From positions 699,594-742,522 of the forward strand of contig NW_014577072.1 of NCBI RefSeq assembly GCF_000485595.1: a stretch of 42,929 nt of DNA, in the 5' to 3' direction. Positions 1 through 12,800 of this stretch are shown here, in pieces (position 1 is the first letter of the stretch; every line of letters starts with the position of its first letter). The translations under genes and the position numbers were made by a program. Under the pieces are notes generated by a model. It was not told where the DNA came from. It worked only from the letters and a program-made list of their open reading frames with translations, and did no database searches. This DNA is from Priapulus caudatus (Eukaryota).

Positions 1-1627
1 TATATATATATATATAGTTCTCTGCGACTGTTTCTTTCTGTTTATCGCCACCGGGCGTTCAACAGTTTCCCACGACAGGTTGCCTGCGCATGCACATAAT
101 GGTAAATGACACGAGTTCCGAGTTCTAACCGCTGTTTTTCATGTCATTAATTGTGGAATTTTACTTATGAAGTGCGCGCTAACGATTGACAGTGCACGTA
201 AATCATCCAGCTGTGCGGGGACGGGCAAAATGAACGCAGGGAAGTCACAATCGTCCGAGGACATCATCAGTAACACCGCATTTCGACCAGACGGCGACGC
301 GTACAGCAACCGCTCCACGTGTTACTTTCTTTATTGATCTAGTTCGTTACAATCTATACAGAAATATGCACACTGTGAGTGCATTTTATGGCATTCTTAA
401 CAGTCTACACACGGGTTAATACACCGAAAGTGATTTGCCTTTGTTCGATTCTCAATCAATAACGAGTGCATTGCGCGATTTGTTTTTGCATCGCGCAACG
501 TTGCATATGTCTAACATGCGTCTGGCGCCAGAGACCTGTTCCCATCAAACAAATTATCCGGAAAAAAATCATAAATAAAATACGATTGAGAGGCGCGCAC
601 GCATGAAAATTCTTTCAGAATTGTCAGGTCACAGAGGTGAGAGAATCTATTGAACGGGCGTACGAACGCATATATATATATATATATATCCGCGTGACGT
701 GAGAAAACATGGACCGATGCGAATGCATCATGTATCGCGAAATGCTCTGCAGCAGCAGTGTTTAATAAGGCACCTCTGAAATGAAATTTGTTCCAAAGCC
801 GGCAGCAATAGCGGCGCACAGCAAAGCATCAATTCTTCATCTCAAATTTAATTCTTCGCCGACTTTGTCCGAATAGCTGGCTGACATTTTGTGTCAACTG
901 GCACAAACGGCTGGTGCCCCACGTCAATGTCTTGTTATACGAGCGCGGCAGCTGTAGTAAACCGAACGTGTTTCAATAGGGTTTCACTCAGTGTTCGCGG
1001 AAAATACAGTTTGAAATCTTGCCGAGTAGAATAACGCCTATCGTCTTTGTTTTTTATTTTCAGACACATTTCTAGCGCCAATATTTATAAACAGGGCGCC
1101 ATCGGCTATACGTATCGTGCGATTGCGATGCTTAAAATTGTATGCCGGCGGAAATCGCTCTTGGGTTTCGTGCTCTTCTGGGAAATTACTCAGCGCCCCT
1201 TAGGTATCCACTATTAGGCAACAGAGATGAATATTTAAAAAGAGCGAGCACACTATAGTTCGTTAAATTATAGCACAGAGTAAATGTTAACTACCTAAAA
1301 GCAGGTGCAAACTTGTTCCCGTTACTCAGATAATTTATTTAATTAACTTTTTGTTGAGTGATTAGAAACTGCGCTACAATGATTAGCGCGAGGATTCATG
1401 CATAATTAATAAGTGTAAATTACTTATCAGGGAGTAATATAAATTATATGAAGTTGCTTTCCTACATATTAAATTATAGATGCTCTGCAGTTCGATTCAA
1501 TTTCATTAATTCACATCGGAGTGTATAAATACTAACTGCACAAGCAACGTTGTTGCTCTTATATTCGGTCGCAATATAAGATTTCAGAAAATAAGAAGAA
1601 GAAATACAGAAACATACGAAATTACCA

Positions 1628-1862
1628 GATAGAGGAGAGAAATAGATAGATAGAGCCATAGAGTGTGCGAGGAAGAGCAGGGGAGAGGGAAACAAAGAAC
1701 AAAAAGAAAGAACGAGAGGGCGCGAAGGACAGAGACAGAGACAGAGAGAGAGCGCGCACGAGTGAGAGAGAGAGCGCGTGAGAGAAAGCAAGAGAGGGAG
1801 AGCGAGAAAGAGACGCGTGCGAGAGAAAGAGAGAGAGAGAAAGCGCGAGAGAGAGAAACTGA

Positions 1863-1912
<50 letters not shown>

Positions 1913-1928
1913 AGAGAGAGAGAGGAGA
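1628..1928. repeat. GA-rich low-complexity region with (GT)n and (GA)n microsatellites
   Basis: Direct inspection. Confidence 0.95.
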
Positions 1929-2379
1929 TAACTGCAAAGAGGATTAAGTAAAGATTTGATCAAACAAGCAACGTAACGCTTTGATGGTTTTCCAAAATAT
2001 TATACCAAAAGTACAAGATCTCTAAAACCTCTTATGTAGTCTGCGTTTTGTAGATGTTAGGGATTTAAAACTGCCTTTCATATTCCTATGTAATGAAGAA
2101 CATTTTTAATTTAATATACTTACGAGACGATATCATTATCATTATAATAGAGCCAATCATACTCATCCAAGGTTCTCAACGCGATCATCGAATGTTAGTC
2201 ATAAATTAAAGATTGCATCTAACTAGATATAGCAGAAAAGCACCCACGGATACCGGTAACGACAAAGATAAAATGTAAAATAGCAATATAGAAATCGCGT
2301 GATGTAATTTGATTTAATCGGGCTTTAGCGACTATATGTCATTTCGTCAGGAATTAATGACGAGTCAGGCGGTTACGTC

Positions 2380-2523
2380 ATGGAATCATGTGTACTCTTG
2401 CTTCTTGCAGTTCTGGCGACAATGAGCGCTTATTTCGATCCGAATACGCCGAGAAACATCACGACGAAGCTCGACGACACCGTCTTCATGCAATGTCGAG
2501 TACAGAGCCTCGGCGGCAGAACG
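2380..2523 (+). CDS. Dpr-like coding exon 1 (signal-like peptide + start of Ig1)
   Basis: Encodes MESCVLLLLAVLATMSAYFDPNTPRNITTKLDDTVFMQCRVQSLGGRT, followed by donor GTAAAC at 2524 (phase 0). The 5' boundary is uncertain: ATG at 2380, or acceptor CTTCTTGCAG with the exon starting at 2411. Confidence 0.85.
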
Positions 2524-3481
2524 GTAAACAAGCCGATGTCATGTTCGACGTTTTTCTTCGCAATACGAAATGCATGTTTTCCCCACCCCCACTCACTCGC
2601 AGACGAACTGAACTTCGCTGCGGCGCGCGTACAAACTATTAGTAAGACGATGATGTGACACACGTCGGAGGAAATACGGACGTAATCGGTGCGTTTAAGT
2701 ATACCTGCTATTTATTTGCTTTTTGGAATATAAAATGAAGCTATTTGTAACATACGCCCGCATAATATTCTTATTTGAGAGTAGCCTGAGTTAATGGATT
2801 TAAACTGAGTGTGGCGACTGCATTGGAAGTGTATATGCTGGCTGTTTGCGTTATACATCTAAATAGAGCGGGTATATCTATAATAGCTGTCCACGCATGC
2901 ACATTTGCACTCGTGCTCTTTATTTAATGTGAAGTACTACGGAATTGGCAAAAAAATAATTATTTAATGATGACAAGGTGATATAACATTCTCTACACTG
3001 TAGTTTAAGAATAGCCACTAGGACAAGATATTCTTACTATAATTATTTATGAGGACTTTTTGCAAACGATATGCATGAATATACGCTATTTTAAATTCCA
3101 AGATAGAATTACGTTCATCGATTGAACGCAATCATTCAAAATCTTTAGCCAAAGTTGTCTTCTATCAACATTTATTTTTAAACCGTTGATGTTTTCGTAG
3201 GAGTTCGAGTACTGTCGCCATACAGAATTATACTAAAAAAAGACGAATATAAAATTTCCTACATGATGAGACACGACCATAGCTAATAAAAGGAAGCGTT
3301 CTCACAGTTCCCTAACTCAATATACTGAGGGATATATTGAACGTGATGATTAACGTTGTCAGCAAAAGCAAAAACAGTGTGACTTACATACAAGTGCTAA
3401 GGGTTTGACTTTCGCAAATTGCTCCTCTAAATGCATAGCTGCATGTGCATCAACCGATCTGTACACGCGCGCACTTACGCC

Positions 3482-3529
<48 letters not shown>

Positions 3530-3532
3530 ACA

Positions 3533-3584
<52 letters not shown>

Positions 3585-3762
3585 CAACACACACAGAGAT
3601 AGATAGATACAGATAGATAGACACGCGTGTGTGCGCGCGGTAGGAGATGGGAAGAGAGGGAGAGACTATAGGGATGACAGGGAACGAGAGAATTGAACAG
3701 AGAAGCAAGCGAGAGACACACAGAAAGAGAGTGAGAGGCGCCGAGAGAGAGACAAACAGAGC

Positions 3763-3843
<81 letters not shown>

Positions 3844-6800
3844 CATGACTAAAAAACGTTCTTAATTTTCATTTATAATGTCTGGGAGCAGGGGATATGC
3901 CTGTAATCAAGTGGACCCCCACGACCATACAGACCCCCATATACTCCCCATACACAATAATTAATGCATCCCTGACCTGGATGTCTATAGTAATGCCATT
4001 TCCTGTGTCCATGTTTCACGCTATAGAATAGTACGCGTCCTTACTCCTTATATAAATGCCAGTACAAACCTCAAAACAACATTATCGACAAATCAGAAAT
4101 GTTCTCATCTCAGCCGTGAAACGCGATGAAAATAGGTTTTGTCCGACTCAATATAAGCATCTCTAGCTTAGGCTCTAACTGAAAGGGTTGCAACACGTTA
4201 CAGCCAGCCGTGGATTTCAGTCGAATCAGCCAACCGACAAAATAGAGTGATAAAATATGAGACAAATTATAGATGCTGTGAAGTGCAGTTTCACCAATCA
4301 CCAATTTGTTTGCTGGTAATATTTTCAAAGAAAGAACAGGTCATCGCGTGATTCATATAGCGATTAATTTATATGGTTGTTTCGAGTCAATCAGACCCTC
4401 TGGCTATTTGGAGCATCTCTAACCTGCAAGATGGCTGCACATTCAGCACCCATTTGTTCTCCCACACGCCCGACGCGCGTGAGCCAAAGATATAACCATA
4501 CTCTTCTTCCGTCCATGATCCCGCCGCCGCATTGTTGTCCATTTCTTTTATTTGCATCTCGGAAACTATTCGCGATTTCTTTTCGGTATTTAGCACTGGG
4601 CCACTGCAGATCTCGTTGATTATTGGTTATGCTATGTTGATTTTGGTTTAGACTCTCAAGTTTGTCTGGTAAATGTATCCACAAAACACGATCTCCCTGA
4701 CGCATGGGCACTCAATATATTACACTAATATTGTAGTCATACAGTCATCGTATCAGATTCTTGGCAAAAATAATTTCGCAGACAAGTGGTTAGCCACCGT
4801 CTTTAAATTTGGGACGGCCACCGTTTTAAGGTTATTGCAGTTTCCGTAATTACAGTACATCTTCAACTTTGTACTTAATCGCTTGTCAAACAGGGTCGTA
4901 TTGACAATCTTGAAATTTGGTATGGCCATAATTTCGAGTTGTTCTTGCGGACCAAGTGAGCAACATTATTTGAGTGACTTTAATTTTAAAGATAAATGAA
5001 TATAGGTTACACAATTTGCGAGGAATAATATCCCAATGACCTTTTCACAGTAAAGAGGGTTATACTTTGACTTGACGATATGACGAGAACAGTTACACGG
5101 TGAAATTGGCATGATAAAAAATCAACTCAACAAACTTAATTCATTTTTATTTACATTAATTTTATTTAAATTTTATTTTGCATTCATCCCTTGAGGAATC
5201 AAATAATTTACAACGACAGGTTCACGCCATTGCATAGCACAGCAATAGCATAGCATATACACCAGGAGTAGATAATAGGGAATCCCTATATAGATTCCCT
5301 ATTATCTACTCCTGATATATACGCATATAGAACATATAGCATGGCATAGCAAGTCTAAACAGACGACCTAATTTTATTTCAGCTAACGTTAATTTTTATT
5401 TGATTTATTGATATACACTGGTAATTGACTTCACCACTATTTTCCCACGATCTCGATAATGGTAAATGACATTAATGACGATTGCACAGATCTTCGTTCT
5501 ACTTCCGACCGTGCAAATGACCTACAATACACCACTAGACCCTATTTGATTGACCTGATAGCAATCGGGACAAAAGCAGTGTAAAACACATGTAGCCAGC
5601 CTACGAGGTTGTGTTAATTATTTGTACATATCGATCTCTCCCTAAATGCAGTTTGTTCACAGCGCGTTGGTACCTCGACGTGGTGCGTTTCGCTAACATT
5701 AGCGTTTAGATCGAATGCTTTCTGTTTTGTTTATTTGCATGAAGCGTTTGCCGCATTTTAAAAGACGTTTCATTGGTTAGAATATAAAGCCCACTCTTTG
5801 CGCAGTGCGCACTCGAACTTCCCCGGAGGGGAATTGTGACATTTACTGTGTCACGTACTTGGTACATAAACGAGACAAATAATATCGTTGGAAGTTGGCC
5901 AGGGTCTAGATTCGACACGCGTATACTTGCCTGCCTGCCTGCCTGCGTGCGTGCGTGTGTAAGAAAGAGTACGTGTATGATTGATGTGCGTTTACGTACA
6001 TAGCCGGCCATTCGTCCACATTATTCAACCTACTGTTGGATATCACTGGTTGGCTGTCATCATATCGACACCATGGTCGCATTGAGTTGATGCCATGTTT
6101 TCTATCCAGTCTCATCCTGTTCCGTTCAGTTCATCCTTCGGTAGTGCATAACACCTCTCGATGACCGCGGTGATGTTAGTTCAGCTGTTTATCCTTATAA
6201 TCTTCTAGCTACTCCATCATGGGTTTCAACAGAAAGTTTCTCTCGTCGACATTACATCATCCTCATCTGTGAATTTCCGCGCTACAATCCTAATCTCACG
6301 GATTGTAACTTCTGAAGGCTGTACGCAGATAGCGGGCGCACGCATTTAAGTAGATTATCATCATGCATGTCCCAGCCATCTAGAATATTCTCAAACATCT
6401 CTCTCAAGAGCGCGCCATTATCATCGTCATCGCGTCGTCATAATCCATCTCAATAGACGCTTAAGACACGCGGGAATACGAATCGTGCCAGTCTTCTTCT
6501 TAAGATAAAACTACTTTCTACTTGAAACGCATCACCGAATCGGTTGAATTTATTTTGATTATTAGTTCTCGACAGTCAGATCTCGTTGTACATATGCGTA
6601 CAACTTCGACTAGCAAGTGTCTTCGCACCGGGGGAGCTACAGTGATTCTTTTTTAACTATCGTAAAATGCAGTTAATTTCTCGCATTTAATCAAGCAATT
6701 TAAAAAGGTTTAAATCACGCCCATAGGACATGTCGTTTGTTGTGGGTTGTTAATGTTTTTACTGTGTTGTCGTTGATGGCCTCCGTACAGCCGTTCTTAC

Positions 6801-9800
6801 TATTATTTTATAGTCGCCGTCAAAATCTCATTTTTGTAATCGATAGGTCCTATTTCACGTATCCATTAAATAGAAATTTCGGACTTATATATCTAGGACA
6901 GGGTTAGTGTAGTCTGAAAATGTGTTTTAAGTTTAAGCTGTCGTTGAATTATATGCATATGAACTATACACACTTGCATATTGCAGGGTCATAATTTATC
7001 ACAAGATCATCTATTGCAATTGTATGGTTGGTTTTCATATTTTTTCAAGTACTTGCAAAAAAGGATTCGAAATCCTAAGTGTTCTTGATGACCTAAATCG
7101 TGATTTATGACTATATAGGCTTGGGCAACCGACGATCCTGCTAAATTATTGTAAAGATACTTTTAACGAGATTCATTTTCTTGAATGACAAGACGAAACA
7201 TGATTGATTATCTCGGGTGAAATTGGTACTAAATTGCATATATAAATATAGAAAATAATGTTACAAACGTTCTGATTACTGACAAGTTATAGTACGTCTA
7301 TAATGAGCGTAGGCCTACTCATGTCGCGACAATAATATGGAATCCAACATGACGACCGGATATTGACACATTCAAAGATGGCGCTGGGAAATTAATCGAC
7401 CGAAAGGACTAGGGGTAGCACTTGCGATCCTTAAATTAAACACTGTAAATAACAAATTCTTAACCACTTAGTATTCATACTTCAATTATAGCAATTCTAA
7501 ACGATCTTATCTCGACGAAAGGTTATTATTCAGCGCATTTCGACATCGAGCAGATATCTATCCGTGCCTACAAAACCGAGTACTGGATATTTACATTTAA
7601 ATCGCTTTCTCAGTTACGTATATAAACCTTTTTGCTAGCAGGTGTCGTGGATTCGCCGACAAGATTTGCAGATTCTCACGATCGGGGACATGACGTTCAC
7701 TCCGGACAAGCGCTTCAGAGTGATCCACGAAAATGGAACACCCGACTGGACGCTGCAGCTAAAGTCCCCAAAATACGAGGACTCCGGCATGTACGAATGC
7801 CAAGTTAGCAGCAACCCAACCATAAGCACATTTGTCTCGTTGCAAGTGATGAGTAAGTACATTACAGCAGATCTGTGTTAGAAGGCTGAGGTGCACTAAA
7901 ATTGCGAGAACCCATACTTGCCGCTGACTAATTCTAGCTCTCCGATCCTAGATTAACTTTAACGATAGGGAATACGCACAACTTCAGTGACGTCATTGCG
8001 TTCACCATAGATATTTAACCATATACCTGCAACTTGAAACTGTATATGCCCATATTAACCATAGCACATACTAAATGTAAAGCTGTCGTACTTAATTCAA
8101 GTTTACGATTTAAAATATAATGCATGTTTATGCAAACATTGCGACGAAGCGAGCTCATCTAGCTAAAGCATAACGCACACACCCGAGCAAAACACCTGAA
8201 CGTGGAGCAAAACGTGTTTCGCTCAATGTTCGTGGCTGTGTGCGGATTCCCGAAACAAAAAACATTGCTCAGTTGAGCGTGTTTCGCTGAACAAGCAATG
8301 TTTGATTCGCGGAGCGTGTTTTCGACTAAAGCACAACGCACACACCCGAGCGAAACACAAAATTTTGTTTTCCAGCGTTTCGCGTTCTGCTGAGCGAACA
8401 AGCGCACACAGCTGAGCAAAACATACAGAAACACTGCGCACAGCGCCGCTGTCACATGACATCCAAAATAGCCATCCAATGGACATCCAATTTTGTGTGT
8501 CATGTGATATTTTTAAGGATATTGATTGGAGACCGTCTGTGGCGTTTCGCTGTGTAGGCAGCACAAATTGCCGCATACGACTCGGCAAAACATATCGCCA
8601 GGCGAAACACGCTCCGCAATCATCAAAACATTGCTGTTCAGCGAAACACCCTCAGCTGACGCAATGTTCTTGTTTCGTGGAATCCGCACACAGCTCTACG
8701 AATCATACGAGGCGAAACATGTTTTTGCTCCACGTTCCGGTGGTTTGCTCGGTGTGTGCGTTGGCTTAAAAGACAATTGAAGTTAAATTTTATAACTTCT
8801 GTAAACGTTTTATAGCATAGAAATACATTCAATAACGTATTCGCATTTCAAATCCGGCGCCTGCAGTTCAAATCCGCAGTAAGAAACACATGACTATTAG
8901 TCTAGGTCATGTGACTCACAGCACCATGTGATACACGCCATTAGTAAACATAGTGCGTGTGTGTATAAGATGGTAGACAGATAAGCGATAATTCAATGAT
9001 TTTTGTTGATTACTCAGATGATGATGATCTTTATCATGTGATTTTACCAGTTGATATAGTTTGGCCTGAAATATACACCAAAAGAAAATTGAGGAAGAAT
9101 CGTCTGAAAAAAGCAACGCTGAAGAGCGCACAAGTTTCTCAAAAATCAAGAACAGTCGACAATTCATGGCGGGATATGATAGGCTTCGGTAGCCGAGATA
9201 GGACTGTAAGACAAATAACTGTGTTTCTTGTAGTGGTTGTGAATTAAGACGAGTACGCACCTGAATGTATATTGCGTCATAAGACTAGAAGACCAGGGTT
9301 ATTGTCGACCAGTTCCGACGCTTAGAACGAGGTGAGGCACGCGATACATTGATCAGCCAGGCCTTTAATCACGCTCGGTCAGAATCACATGTATCTGAGC
9401 ATGTACAACATTCTCTGACGCAAGTCAGTCATAACGCGTGAAGCATTGTCCACACAGGTTAGATTAGTCGTACATGAAATATAAGTAAGCATTTACAGCT
9501 CACAGTTGTGTTGTATGCTGTATACAATACTTCACCTAGCATAAAAAATACTACGTGTAGCATCTGTTACGTATATAACGGCGTGTTTCAACAGTGGGGC
9601 TGTGACGTCACATGTTGACGTTTCTTACTAATGTTGGCGCCGGATTTGAAGTGGAAATATCGTTATTTAAGTATTTCTATGTACTAAAAACGTTAGCAGA
9701 AGTTATAAAATGTTACTAAATTGTCTTATAGCGTACGTGTTGCTCGGGTGTGCGTTCAATCGTCTGGCTACAAGAGCGAACGCCACAGACGGTCTTCCAA

Positions 9801-12800
9801 TCAATATCCTTAAAAAATATCAGCATGACACACAAAATGTGAATGTCCATTGATGGCTATTTTTGATGTATGTGACAGCGGCGCTGTACGCAGTGTTTCT
9901 GTATTGTTTGCTCAGCTGTGGCTGTGTCGTGTCGTGTGTGCGCTCTGTGCCTCAGCCGAGCAGAACGCGAAACGCTGGAAAACAAAATTCCCCGTTTTGC
10001 TCGGGTGTGTGCGCTAGGCTTTAGCCGAATAGATGGAATTTACTAATATATAGCCCGTTAAATAGTCTCGGCTAGCTGCGACAATTAACTGTTGTTACTG
10101 AGGCAAAATATCTCGAATTAAGATATGATAATTAGTCATATTTGTACACTGGTATCAAAATTATGGCCCATACAGCTAGCTATTAGTTAGTTTAAAGTAT
10201 CGACTACCACATTTACATGCGTGTACGCACATTCAAGTGAAAAATTATCTATCTATCTATCATCTGTCTATCTATCTATTTATCTATCTATCTATCTAAC
10301 TCTATCTATTATTTATCTATATCTAATCTATCATTTATCTATTTATTATCTATCTATTTATATCTATTTATCCTTCTATCTATCTTATCTATCTATCGTC
10401 CCTATCTAGTCTATCCTATACTATCTATCTATTATCTATCTACTACTATCTATGCTATCTATCTAGCTCACATAGCTATCTAGCTATCTATCATCTATCC
10501 TATCTATCTATCATATCTATTATATATCTATCTACTTATCTATCTATCTGATATCTATCAACTACTATCTGCTATCTATCATATCTCGTCTACTGTCCTG
10601 CCTGCCTGCCTGCCTGCTGCCCTGCCTGCTCCTGTGCTGCCTGCCGTCTGCTTGCCTATGATATCTATATATATCTATAAGTTATACTAGTATATTCCTT
10701 CCTTACCATCCATCTACCTATTCTATCTATCTATCTATCTATCTTAGCATATCTATCTATCTATCTATCTTATCTATCTATCTATCTATCTATCTCATCT
10801 ATCTATCTACCTATCTTTTATCTATCTATCTCTCTCGTGCTTCCTCTTTCTCCTCTCTCTCTCTCTTCTCTCTCTCTATATAATATATATATATATATAT
10901 ACTATAGCGAGAGAGGGAGGGGTGGGAGGACGAAGATATATGGTAGAATACGTAACGATGATCATACCGACCTATGCCTGATCATACGTTTTCTCGATAT
11001 CCAACTAGTTATTTCCAAGACGACTGGCGCGCGACTTAACGGAATCGAATCGAAAGAATTCGCGATGCTTATAACATGTAAAGCAGCAAATCCACTAGAA
11101 TTCTCACTCGCTTGATAGCACGTCGATTGTGAAATCGGACCGTAATTCGCCAACGTGTTGTAGGCGCATATTGAAATGAACTGATGTTATCGATCGAAGC
11201 GCAAGAAGCGTTGAGGCAGGCAGGCTTCACGTAATCGTTGGTGGATGACCCGCGGCATTGGTTCCGCCTATAGACGACATTACCGTGGCAGCTGTTCGCC
11301 ACTTACATGTTTCTGTCAAAATGTTTCGATACTGAGTTCAATCTCAACGTTTACGTAATATATGGCAGCCAGCGACGTGTGGAACGTGTATCACTACTGC
11401 GGCGATCGAACCCGTCTGCCCTGATTGAGAGAGTAAGCGGCAGTTGTACGTTTCGTTTTGGCTAAGACGAACTGCTCGTATCTGATCGTTAATCGTGCAA
11501 GCAGACGTCGCTATAATTCCGCGCTTTTCGGTTGCCCATGGAAGCATTCCTGCGCAACAAGCCAATCGAAATCTATTAAAATATGAATTCATTCCGTACC
11601 GCGTCATTATTAATAGTGCCCACGAGAGCCCGTCCATACACAGCACGCAGCAAGCGTTCATTACATAACACATTACGGCGGTCGTTTACATTCGCTTGGC
11701 ATGATTCTTCTAATTTTGGCGGATCGGGCCCGCCTACTGTAGTTCCCGAGTACTTTGAACCGTAGAAAGCGCGGGCACGCGTACATGCCATTGATAAGAG
11801 AATTGAGCTAGAGAGAGAGAGAAGGAGGAGGAGGAGGAGGAGGAGAGAAGAGGAAGGGGTGGATCTACTGGCATGTCTATGTGTAGCCGCGGTTGTAGTC
11901 GGCGAAGAAGCGCGTCACGCAAACCAATCGATAACGTTTGCATGTGGGATAGAGTTTCATATTGGAAACGATCTCCGCGCCCGGGTGAATCGATCTCTTC
12001 TTGATGCGAGCGAGCGTGAGGCGGCCCTATTCGAAAAGTGGTTTACGATACAAAAGCAGGGCATCGGCGTCTCAGCATCGCGTCGCAGCGACAAAATGGC
12101 GGCTGCGGTTAAGCTTACATCTTAGCGGCCGACGCGCCGCGTACAGTATAAACTTATTACCGGCTGTGCGTAAAAAATCGGATAATATTTATATTCACAC
12201 GCAACTTCGTTAGCGGCTGTCATTAGCGCCGGTTGTCAATTCCACTTGTGGTCGGGGGAGTAGCATTCAATCGGCAGAAACTAACGTTATTTGGTTCGTT
12301 CCCGTCATGAGCGCATCATCTACCGACATCTACGAGTTAAGTACGTGTTGCTGATCAGGATGTATCAATTGTATACGCTGCGTGCCGCGTCTGTCGTAAA
12401 ACATCCCCTTGCAAATGCCTAATATACGCGCTGCGATATGGTTTCGCCTTATAGTTCGCCACTCTGTGCCATTCGCCATGTTATTGCGAAAATGCTACCG
12501 TGCCGTTGTAGCACCGTGTGCCAGCGGCGGTTATATTGATTATCGGCATATTGTAGAGTGGCAGGTGAGATAGACGGCAACTGTCCACGTTCATCAGGGC
12601 AGCAATCTGAAGTGACGTGTAATATGACAGCAACGCCCGAGCCGCCCGTTACGTGTTACTGGTACCATAATGACAAGCAGATATAACTCAACGATGTGCG
12701 ATCAGGCACGCAGGTGTCCCGTAATGCGCACGCAGCACTCAAGCGACTAGCATCCTCCTTGTGGCAAAACATACCAAGGAACTGACTTCCGAGGAAGTAT

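Noticed and set aside
1474..1963. Overlapping ORFs rich in SL/ER/CV dipeptides (similar sets at 3359-3865, 30770-31465, 32105-32861, 38918-39492, 42117-42818)
   Set aside because: These are translations of (GA)n, (GT)n and (GTGC)n microsatellites, which lack stop codons; they are not proteins.
2524..2658. ORF extensions beyond the splice donors (also 7853-7881 and 23120-23307)
   Set aside because: Dpr similarity stops at canonical GT donors, and the in-phase continuation is in the next exon.
12092..12108. AAAATGGCGGCTGCG YY1-like promoter motif
   Set aside because: It is not reproduced in the duplicate copy (~22391) and lies in indel-noisy sequence.
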